In this document: one piece after another, positions 18,890 to 26,884 of the stretch
How positions within the stretch are numbered: position 1 is the first letter of the stretch
Layout of the letters: every line of letters starts with the position of its first letter
Sequence record: SRR2962707_2058
DNA length: 33,804 nucleotides
Reading direction: 5' to 3' (one strand)
Position numbers and translations under genes: made by a program
Notes under the pieces: generated by a model
The model's database searches: none
What the model was told of the DNA's origin: nothing
The model's input: the letters and a program-made list of their open reading frames with translations, nothing else

Positions 18890-19105
18890 ATGTTACTAGA
18901 TCCAAACGATCCATTCTTCGCCCCACTTTGGCGGCGTTTTGCCATCTTGGTCGTTTGCTTTGGATGGGCGATTTTAGAATTGTTTATCGGTACGCCGACT
19001 TGGGCGGCGATCTCAGCAGGTATAGGCCTATGGGCTGGTTGGCAGCTGTTCTTTAAGCGCGATGCAGATAAGGTCGAGGAAGTGGCTAAAGATGAACAAG
19101 ATTGA
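18890..19105 (+). CDS. Small two-TM membrane protein (DUF3329-annotated alphaproteobacterial type)
   Basis: DPNDPFFAPLWRR followed by two hydrophobic helices; AAGGA RBS; in the same orientation between iolE and the SDR. Confidence 0.75.
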   Translation: MLLDPNDPFFAPLWRRFAILVVCFGWAILELFIGTPTWAAISAGIGLWAGWQLFFKRDADKVEEVAKDEQD

Positions 19106-19910
19106 TGGAAAGGTCGCCGTTGTTACGGGCGGCACGCAAGGTCTGGGTGCAGCGATTGCTCAGCAAATGGCTAAAGCTGGCGCTGCTGGCATTATTACCT
19201 GTGGACGTAACGCTGAAAAAGGCGAGGCGGTTGCAGCCGCGATTATCGCTGAAACCGGATGCCGTGTTCATTTCATCAAGGCTGACTTGGCCAGTGTTGA
19301 AGATTGCCGCGCTGTCGTAAAAGCGGCGGACGATCAATTTGGCCGCGTGGACATTTTGGTCAATGCTGCAGGTCTGACCGATCGCGGTGATATATTGACG
19401 ACCGACGAAGCGCTGTTCGACAATATGTTTGCCGTCAACGTCAAAGCGCCATTCTTTTTGATGCAGGAAGCAATCAAGCGCATGATCCGTGATGAGATTG
19501 AAGGCGCTATTGTTAATATTGGTTCCGTATCAGCCATGGCTGGACAACCTTTCATATCACCCTATTGCGCATCCAAAGGCGCGCTTGCAACGCTAACGAA
19601 AAACACAGCCTTTGCCGTGATGCGCAATCGCATCCGTGTCAATCAGCTCAATATTGGGTGGATGGCGTCTGATGGCGAAGATCGCATTCAACGCGAATAT
19701 CATGGTGCCGAAGAAAGTTGGCTCGAAAAAGCTGCTGCTGAAATGCCGTTCGGACGTTTGCTTGCGCCTAGGGAAGTTGCCAAAGCCGTGCTGTTCTTAA
19801 GCTCTACGGATTCCGGCATGATGACCGGATCGGTTGTCAACTTTGATCAATCTATCTGGGGTGCGTATGAAGCCGCATCGCCTACGCCATCTGAAAAAAT
19901 GAAGCTCTAG
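19092..19910 (+). CDS. Short-chain dehydrogenase/reductase (classical SDR)
   Basis: TGGTQGLG, VNAAG, catalytic YCASK; ATG at 19092 after GAGGA. Confidence 0.92.
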   Translation: MNKIDGKVAVVTGGTQGLGAAIAQQMAKAGAAGIITCGRNAEKGEAVAAAIIAETGCRVHFIKADLASVEDCRAVVKAADDQFGRVDILVNAAGLTDRGDILTTDEALFDNMFAVNVKAPFFLMQEAIKRMIRDEIEGAIVNIGSVSAMAGQPFISPYCASKGALATLTKNTAFAVMRNRIRVNQLNIGWMASDGEDRIQREYHGAEESWLEKAAAEMPFGRLLAPREVAKAVLFLSSTDSGMMTGSVVNFDQSIWGAYEAASPTPSEKMKL

Positions 19911-20797
19911 GATCTATAGACGAACAGGTTTTTGTCTTTTTCAGCGATGGTTTGCAGGAACTTAGCGACTTCGCGGATTCGGCGGCTATTGTTCATGCTT
20001 TCGTGCCAAACGGTCCAATAGCTTCTGCTAAGGTTATGGGCGGGTAAAATGCGCTCAAACTGCGCGCTATCACGCACCATAAAATCATGCAAAATGCCGA
20101 TGCCGCCACCAGACCGCACAACTTCAAATTGGCCGAGCGCACTGGAAACCTCGATGTTGGAATGCCAATCGCGCAAAAACTGCGCGGCATAATCCAGCGC
20201 TGGCGTAAAGATGAGATCATCAACATAGCCAACAAGGCGGTGGTTTCTCAAATCATCGAGGCTTTCAGGCCTGCCGTACTTTTCCAAATAATCTGGCGAG
20301 GCAAAAAGACTCAGCGAGTAATCGGTCAATTTGCGCACCCGCAAGCGGCCTTTTTCTGGCCGGTCCACAGTAATCGCAATATCGGCTTCGCGCTGCGATA
20401 GGGAAAATACCCGAGGCACGGGCACAAGCTGTATCGTGAGATCGGGAAATTGCTCATTAAGCAGGCGCAGACGCGGCGCAAGAAAAGCAACACCAAACCC
20501 ATCGGGCGCGCCAATTCGCACTGTGCCGCTGACATTGCTTTCGTGGCCTTTGAGTGTTGATGAAACCTGCAGCGCTTCAGCCTCAATATTGAGCGCATGT
20601 TCCATCAGCGAAACGCCTTGCGGTGTTAACTCACAGCCAGCCGTCGAACGGTTAAACAAGATCATATCCAGAGAGCTTTCAAGCGCAGATAAATGCCGAT
20701 TGAGCTTGGCTTGAGACACGCCTAGTTTTTGCGCGGCGCTGAGCATTTGCCCATCGCGCGCAACCGCGAGAAAAAACCGCAAATCGTTCCAATCCAT
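19907..20797 (-). CDS. LysR family transcriptional regulator, divergent from mmsA
   Basis: MDWNDLRFFLAVAR..AAQKLGVSQ HTH, LFNRS, GTVRIGAPDGFG, READIAI. Confidence 0.94.
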   Translation of the reverse strand: MDWNDLRFFLAVARDGQMLSAAQKLGVSQAKLNRHLSALESSLDMILFNRSTAGCELTPQGVSLMEHALNIEAEALQVSSTLKGHESNVSGTVRIGAPDGFGVAFLAPRLRLLNEQFPDLTIQLVPVPRVFSLSQREADIAITVDRPEKGRLRVRKLTDYSLSLFASPDYLEKYGRPESLDDLRNHRLVGYVDDLIFTPALDYAAQFLRDWHSNIEVSSALGQFEVVRSGGGIGILHDFMVRDSAQFERILPAHNLSRSYWTVWHESMNNSRRIREVAKFLQTIAEKDKNLFVYRS

Positions 20798-20893
20798 CTT
20801 ATATCCAAAAGTGAAGATCTGTTATCAGCCTTTGTCTATATTTTTGAGCAATAAAAGTCGATAGGTTAAGCCACAATCAAATAGGAGAGAAAT

Positions 20894-22396
20894 ATGACTG
20901 AAATAGCCCATTTCATAAACGGCGCTGCCGTTGCCAGCAAATCTGGCCGCAATCAAGCCGTTTTCAATCCTGCAACGGGTGAAGCTGTAAACACAGTTGC
21001 GCTCGCAAGTGTTGAAGAAGTTGATGCCGCTGTTGCAGCCGCAAAAGCTGCATGGCCAGCATGGTCTAAAACACCGGCTTTGCGCCGCGCCCGTATCCTA
21101 GACAAATTCAAAAACATCCTTTGGGAACGCATGGAAGATCTTGCTCGCGCAATTTCCTCCGAGCATGGCAAAACCCATGATGATGCCGTTGGTGAAGTCA
21201 CACGCGGCCTAGAGGTTGTTGAATTTGCCGTTGGCGCACCAACCTTCCTAAAAGGCGAGTTCTCAGAAAATGTAGGCACTGGCGTTGATAGCAATATGAT
21301 CCGTCAAAGCCTTGGCGTTTGCGCAGGCATTACACCGTTCAACTTCCCAGCAATGGTGCCGATGTGGATGTTCCCTGTTGCCCTAGCAACTGGCAATACA
21401 TTCATTCTTAAACCGTCTGAGCGCGACCCTTCACCATCCCTTCTTATCGCGGCATGGCTCAAAGAAGCTGGCCTTCCTGATGGCGTGTTTAACGTCGTCC
21501 AAGGTGATAAAGTTGCGGTTGATGCGTTGCTAAACAATCCTGATGTGAAAGCCGTTAGCTTTGTGGGTTCAACCCCAATTGCGCGCTATATTCACCAGAC
21601 GGGTACAGCCAATGGCAAACGCGTTCAGGCACTTGGCGGTGCTAAAAACCATATGATCATTATGCCAGACGCTGATTTGGATATGGCCGCAAATGCTCTT
21701 ATGGGCGCAGGCTACGGTTCTGCTGGTGAGCGCTGCATGGCGATTTCAGTCGCAGTTCCTGTAACCGACGCTGTTGCTGATGCCTTGATTGCAAAATTGG
21801 TGCCGCAGATTGAGGCGCTTAAAATTGGCCCATCAACCGATGCGACATCAGACATGGGCCCAATTGTGACCGATGCTGCGCGTGATCGCATTCACGGTTA
21901 TATTGATGCGGGCGAAGCTGCCGGTGCCAAAGTTGTGGTCGATGGCCGGAAATTTAAGCAGACAAAGCAGGGCTATGAAAATGGCTTTTATACCGGCGGT
22001 ACCTTGCTCGATAACGTGACCGAAGACATGACTTGTTACCGCGAAGAAATTTTTGGTCCTGTTGTTTCTGTTGTGCGCAAAAATTCTTATCAGGAAGCTG
22101 TGGATCTGATCCATGGCCATGAATATGCGAACGGCACTGCGATCTTTACCCGTGATGGCGACACGGCCCGTAACTTCTCACAGGAAATCGAAGTCGGCAT
22201 GGTTGGCATCAATGTGCCAATTCCTGTGCCAATGGCATTCCATAGTTTTGGTGGCTGGAAATCTTCGATTTTCGGCGATCATCATATGCACGGTATGGAA
22301 GGTGTTCGTTTCTATACACGCATTAAAACAACGACGACACGCTGGCCAACGGGTCAACGCACAGACCCAGAATTTACAATGCCGACACTTGGCTAA
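20894..22396 (+). CDS. mmsA: CoA-acylating methylmalonate/malonate-semialdehyde dehydrogenase (MmsA/IolA)
   Basis: ITPFNFPAMVPMW, KPSERDP, GGAKNH, AGERCMA, GINVPIPVP, FGGWK; AGGAG RBS. Confidence 0.95.
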   Translation: MTEIAHFINGAAVASKSGRNQAVFNPATGEAVNTVALASVEEVDAAVAAAKAAWPAWSKTPALRRARILDKFKNILWERMEDLARAISSEHGKTHDDAVGEVTRGLEVVEFAVGAPTFLKGEFSENVGTGVDSNMIRQSLGVCAGITPFNFPAMVPMWMFPVALATGNTFILKPSERDPSPSLLIAAWLKEAGLPDGVFNVVQGDKVAVDALLNNPDVKAVSFVGSTPIARYIHQTGTANGKRVQALGGAKNHMIIMPDADLDMAANALMGAGYGSAGERCMAISVAVPVTDAVADALIAKLVPQIEALKIGPSTDATSDMGPIVTDAARDRIHGYIDAGEAAGAKVVVDGRKFKQTKQGYENGFYTGGTLLDNVTEDMTCYREEIFGPVVSVVRKNSYQEAVDLIHGHEYANGTAIFTRDGDTARNFSQEIEVGMVGINVPIPVPMAFHSFGGWKSSIFGDHHMHGMEGVRFYTRIKTTTTRWPTGQRTDPEFTMPTLG

Positions 22397-22430
22397 TATT
22401 GCTGCATTGGTTATTTAAAATCTGAAATTG

Positions 22431-22460
22431 AAAGGCCGCCCCGTGCGGCCTTTTGTTTGT
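22431..22460 (+). terminator. Rho-independent terminator after mmsA
   Basis: AAAGGCCGC-cccgt-GCGGCCTTT followed by TGTTTGT. Confidence 0.88.
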
Positions 22461-22543
22461 GAAGAAAAACACAATTATCAATTCACAATTGTGGCAAGTA
22501 TGATGTAAGTTCCCTCTCATATTCTTGGGAGGGAATGAACGAA

Positions 22544-23878
22544 ATGCGGCACCAGACTAAAATTTTGTCAGCCATCGCTTTGGCTTTAAGCGTCAGTGTG
22601 GCTTGGGCAGGTAATTTACCAAAACCAGCCAGTGATGATGATTTTGTCGCGGTCGATATGCGCGAAGTTGAACTCGGCCAATTATTGTTCTGGGATCCCA
22701 TTCTATCAGGCAACAAAAATATCTCCTGCGGCACCTGCCACCACCCCAAATTTGGTACCGCCGATGGCGTGTCGCTTTCAATTGGTGAAGGCGGCAAGGG
22801 CCTTGGTCCGGATCGTACGCCACTTGCCAGCGACATGCCCGAGCAGCGTATTCCGCGCAACGCGCCAGCCCTGTTTAATCTGGGCGCGAAAGAATTTGTC
22901 GCGATGTTTCATGATGGCCGAATAGAAGCCGACCCGACGAAGAAGTCGGGCATCCGTTCGCCAATGGATGATGACATGACAGTTGGTTTTTCCGGCGTTT
23001 TGTCCGCGCAGGCCATGTTCCCTGTCTTGTCTAGTGACGAGATGGCAGGTCAATTTAGTGAGAACGATGTTTCTAAAGCGGTACGCCAAGGCCTCATCAC
23101 TGGCGAAGGTGGTGCGTGGGATATTATTGCAAAACGCGTTTCTGCAATTGAACAGTATCGCGATATGTTTGCTAGTTTCGATGCTGATATTGCTAGCGGA
23201 AAGCCTATAGATTTCACGGACATTTCAAATGCTATGGCAGCGTTCATTGTTTTTGAATGGCGTGCAGATAACAGTCCATTTGATAATCATCTGCGCGGAA
23301 AAGCGCAGATCGTTGGGCCTGCGGCAACCGGCATGGATTTGTTCTATGGCAAGGCTAATTGCGGCACCTGTCACACCGGCACTTTCCAAACAGATCACCA
23401 ATTTCACGCGATGGGCGTGCCGCAATTAGGACCGGGAAAATCAGCGAGCTTTGAATATAACAGCCAAGATACCGGCCGCGAACGCGTTACCGGAAATCCC
23501 GACGACATGTATGCATTTCGCACGCCTTCGCTTAGAAATGTGAAGCTCACCGCGCCCTATGGGCACGATGGCGCTTACCGAGATTTGCGCAGCTTTGTAG
23601 AGGCGCATGCAAATCCTGCAACCGCGATTGCCAATTATGACAGAAGCGAAGCATTGTTCTCTAACTTCACACCGCCAAAAGATGATTGGGCGGTCATGGA
23701 TGATAGTGCTGAAAATGCCGCAATCGCTGCTGCTGTTAAGACAGCATCTGTCGATTTAAGCGATCAAGATATTGATGCGTTAATGGCATTTTTAGACCAG
23801 CTGACAGATCGCCAAGGCGCGGATGGGCGTTTGGGTATTCCTAAAAGCGTTCCAAGCGGCTTGCCAGTTGATCGCTGA
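22544..23878 (+). CDS. Exported diheme cytochrome c peroxidase / MauG-superfamily protein
   Basis: Signal peptide (..ALSVSVAWA), LGQLLFWDPILS, two CGTCH heme motifs, RNAPALFN, FRTPSLRNV..TAPYGHDG, C-terminal VPSGLPVDR. ATG at 22544 fits the GGGAGGG RBS better than 22535. Confidence 0.9.
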   Translation: MRHQTKILSAIALALSVSVAWAGNLPKPASDDDFVAVDMREVELGQLLFWDPILSGNKNISCGTCHHPKFGTADGVSLSIGEGGKGLGPDRTPLASDMPEQRIPRNAPALFNLGAKEFVAMFHDGRIEADPTKKSGIRSPMDDDMTVGFSGVLSAQAMFPVLSSDEMAGQFSENDVSKAVRQGLITGEGGAWDIIAKRVSAIEQYRDMFASFDADIASGKPIDFTDISNAMAAFIVFEWRADNSPFDNHLRGKAQIVGPAATGMDLFYGKANCGTCHTGTFQTDHQFHAMGVPQLGPGKSASFEYNSQDTGRERVTGNPDDMYAFRTPSLRNVKLTAPYGHDGAYRDLRSFVEAHANPATAIANYDRSEALFSNFTPPKDDWAVMDDSAENAAIAAAVKTASVDLSDQDIDALMAFLDQLTDRQGADGRLGIPKSVPSGLPVDR

Positions 23879-25462
23879 TTAATCGCGAGTTTCGTGGACA
23901 GTAAATGCGTTGGTCGTTTTCACGCGCTCAACGCTTAGCTGCTGGTTGGCCAGAACGGTTGACCAGTCAGACGTCGCACCATCTGGCCATATAATCCGCA
24001 GCTCAGCTTCTTGTGCCGTGCCTAAGCCGAAATGAACCGGCGCAATTTCGCCGCTGGCATGGCCGCCGCCAACATTAATTTCATGGGTCTGAACTTTGCC
24101 GGTTGATGCACCGCGCAATTCTACCCACGCGCCGATTGCATCGCGGTTTATGCCCTCTTGGCTAATTTTTAGCGAAACAAAATTGCCAACCGATTTGCTT
24201 ATATTTTCATAGACTTCAAAGGGCGCACGGCGGTTCATCACGGCAATGTCAAGTTTACCGTCGCGGTTGAAATCCAAAACAGCCGCGCCGCGTGATCGCG
24301 CCATATTGGCGATGCCGGCTTCAAGGCCAATTTCGTAGAAGGTGCCGTCGGGCTTTTGTTTCAGCAGATTGTTCGGGTCTTTTGTCGCCATGCCGGGCAT
24401 CTGATCAACATTGCCTTTTGCAATAAAGAGGTCGGGCAAGCCGTCATTATCGACATCGCCAAATTCCGCATGCCAGCCCGTTGAAGGGCGGCCATCATCG
24501 CCCGTATAAGGCTTATGCGCATACGCACCGATAGAGAATGGCGCATTTTCCATGCGCGCACCGCCTGCATAAAATTGCATGAGTTGGTCGCCCATGGAGG
24601 TAAGGACCACATCAGGCTTTTCGTCATTATTTAGATCTTGGCTGGCAATGCCCATGCCCCAAACTGAAATTGGCTGCCAACCATCTTCGCGGGTCAATGA
24701 ACGCATTTCATCAAGCCGCCACATCTGTTCTTCGCCGTGATCGACATAATAATGGCGGTCGTTGGAAATGCGAAGATCGCGCCGGCCCGTGCGCATCCAA
24801 TCAGAAAACAACATTGAAAGAGCGCAATAGCCTGGTTCAAGATTTATCGCTGCGCTGTAGGCTTTGCCTTCGGGGCGATGAAGTTGATTAATGTCACACG
24901 CACGAAACGGCCCATCTGGGTTGCTGCGGTCAACATAATTGCCTGCGGCAAGTGTTGGGAAATCTTTGCCCTCTTCCCATGTGGCAGAAAAGGATGTTGT
25001 CCATTTATCGCCGCCATCAAAATGCCATTCCACATTGGCTTCTTCAAATTTGCAATTGGGCAGACCGCGCAACAATTTGTTTTCGCCAACGCGCATTACG
25101 AACAGATCTGTTATGCCATCGCTATCGATATCGAGCGGATAAGCGCCCGTGACATGCTCAAATTCTGCACCGCTATTGGGCACTGACTTAAATTGAATTG
25201 CCGCGCCAGCTTCGCCGGTGGTGTTCACGATAAGGCGCGATGGATCAGAGCCGCCCGCCAACAACGCATCGGGAAAATGGTCGCCATTGCAATCAAATGT
25301 TGCCATACCGCCGCCGACAAAATGTTCCCAGCCGCCACTGTAGTTGTGAACAAAGTCAAAGCCTTCAGCACGCGGCGCGAATACTGTTTCGGCTGCCTGA
25401 CTTGGATAAGCGATAAGCGCAAAGCCAGCTGCGTATAATAATGTTTGATTTAGTTTTCTCAT
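23879..25462 (-). CDS. Exported CRTAC1-like protein: FG-GAP beta-propeller plus ASPIC/UnbV domain
   Basis: Signal peptide (..IAYPSQA). Repeated DxDxDG-type loops (DCNGDHFPD, DIDSDGITD, DLNNDEKPD, DVDNDGLPD, DFNRDGKLD). C-terminal NRDAIGA..GGGHASG..VHFGLG..WPDG. Confidence 0.88.
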   Translation of the reverse strand: MRKLNQTLLYAAGFALIAYPSQAAETVFAPRAEGFDFVHNYSGGWEHFVGGGMATFDCNGDHFPDALLAGGSDPSRLIVNTTGEAGAAIQFKSVPNSGAEFEHVTGAYPLDIDSDGITDLFVMRVGENKLLRGLPNCKFEEANVEWHFDGGDKWTTSFSATWEEGKDFPTLAAGNYVDRSNPDGPFRACDINQLHRPEGKAYSAAINLEPGYCALSMLFSDWMRTGRRDLRISNDRHYYVDHGEEQMWRLDEMRSLTREDGWQPISVWGMGIASQDLNNDEKPDVVLTSMGDQLMQFYAGGARMENAPFSIGAYAHKPYTGDDGRPSTGWHAEFGDVDNDGLPDLFIAKGNVDQMPGMATKDPNNLLKQKPDGTFYEIGLEAGIANMARSRGAAVLDFNRDGKLDIAVMNRRAPFEVYENISKSVGNFVSLKISQEGINRDAIGAWVELRGASTGKVQTHEINVGGGHASGEIAPVHFGLGTAQEAELRIIWPDGATSDWSTVLANQQLSVERVKTTNAFTVHETRD

Positions 25463-26778
25463 TTTACCGCACTTATGTTGATTGGCGCATATGGGTTTTG
25501 ATTAGACTGCACATTGTTATGGCCGAGCAACTCATCGCTTAATGCAGATAGTGCGAGCGCTGCAGCCCCTTGTGCCCACAGGAGATTGCCCCATCGATGA
25601 ATTTCGATTGTCGGGCGCTTGCCCATACGGTCTAACGTGAGACTTTCGGTTTCCGCCAAAACTTCATCGCCATAAAGAAACTCATATTCCATCCGTTCGC
25701 CCGACAAGATGACGAGACTAGGGTCAAAAATATTGATAATGTTGGAAAGGCCGGATGCCAAATAACGGCCCGCACGTCTAAATATCGAAAGGGCAGGCGC
25801 GTTGCCATTTTTTGCCTCTTCAAACAATTGCTGCAACACAGCCGCAGGGTCGGTTTTGCCTTTAAGTTCCAAATTAAGCGCGGTGGATGCCTCACGCACC
25901 AACGCATAATCTGCAACATAGGCTTCAACGCATCCGCGCTGGCCGCAGCGACATAGTGCGCCATCAAGCTGCACTTTTGTATGCCCAAACTCCATGCCAA
26001 GCCCCATAGCCCCGCGATAGAGTTGGTGGTTGATCACCATGCCCATACCAACACCATATTCGATGGTGACAACGGCAAAGTCGGAGATGTTGCGGCCTTT
26101 GCCAAACCACAATTCGGCAAGCGTCACCAGATTGGTATCATTATCTATGTGGACAGGAATGCCGAATTTCTGGGCTGCCATATCGCGAATTGGAACACGG
26201 CGGTTAGCAATCAACGGTGACCAAACGGCGAGGCCCGCAGAATTATCAATCAAGCCAGGCATACCAAGGCCAAGCGCAGAAATTTGATCAAGACGCAGAT
26301 CACACTTTGTCAGGGCTTTTCCGAGTAGTTCATATGCTTCATCGAGCAGATCTTCTGTGCTGCGCTTTGGTCGATTATGAACCATCTCAGCACTGGCAAC
26401 GACACGGCCTGCAAAATCAACAATAACGGCTGTGTGCTTGTTATCACTTAGTTTTAGTCCAGCCACATAGAATGCGTTTTGGCATACGCCCAATGAAACT
26501 GGTGGTCGCCCGCGTAGCGGTTCTCCATCGCGGGCAGGCGAGGTGACTTCGTTTATGTAGCCTGCTTCTATCAGATCAGATGAAATTGACGTGACACTGC
26601 CGGGGCTGATGTTGAGGCTGTTGGCAATATCAATGCGTGCACATAAGCCTGCACCGCGAATATAATCAAATACTTGGCGCCGAAGTGGACGCACGCCCTC
26701 AGTGTTTGGAGGTATAAGCGGGCCGCAGCCCTCAATGAGGCCATCAGCATCTATATGTAAGGAAATATCATCCGGCAT
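25459..26778 (-). CDS. ROK family transcriptional repressor (XylR-like)
   Basis: N-terminal wHTH (RIDIANSLNISPGSVT, GRPP), IDNDTN..AE, GVGMG, EFGH and the Zn motif CRCGQRGCVEAY; divergent from xylF. Confidence 0.92.
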   Translation of the reverse strand: MPDDISLHIDADGLIEGCGPLIPPNTEGVRPLRRQVFDYIRGAGLCARIDIANSLNISPGSVTSISSDLIEAGYINEVTSPARDGEPLRGRPPVSLGVCQNAFYVAGLKLSDNKHTAVIVDFAGRVVASAEMVHNRPKRSTEDLLDEAYELLGKALTKCDLRLDQISALGLGMPGLIDNSAGLAVWSPLIANRRVPIRDMAAQKFGIPVHIDNDTNLVTLAELWFGKGRNISDFAVVTIEYGVGMGMVINHQLYRGAMGLGMEFGHTKVQLDGALCRCGQRGCVEAYVADYALVREASTALNLELKGKTDPAAVLQQLFEEAKNGNAPALSIFRRAGRYLASGLSNIINIFDPSLVILSGERMEYEFLYGDEVLAETESLTLDRMGKRPTIEIHRWGNLLWAQGAAALALSALSDELLGHNNVQSNQNPYAPINISAVK

Positions 26779-26884
26779 TAATTTAGCTGCTGAATTTAAA
26801 GCAGGTCAAAACTGCCGTAAATACGCAATGCCTCCCACATTACACACTTCTCGTTGCGCTGAGAGTCACATTTTTTTGTTTTTT

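Noticed and set aside
20798-20893. LysR T-N11-A box in the lysR/mmsA spacer
   Set aside because: One is expected, but no convincing dyad could be singled out.
22483-22860. 125-aa minus-strand ORF
   Set aside because: It is the antisense shadow of the diheme gene with no motif; the same applies to the many other nested short ORFs in the track.
22727-23374. Near-identical 15-nt DNA encoding both CGTCH motifs, suggesting a recent internal duplication
   Set aside because: The similarity does not extend into the flanks; it is explained by motif constraint and codon preference.
22544-23878. Calling this gene mauG or a canonical ccpA
   Set aside because: There are no mau genes in the window, and the diagnostic Tyr/Met ligand and bridging Trp appear to be replaced.
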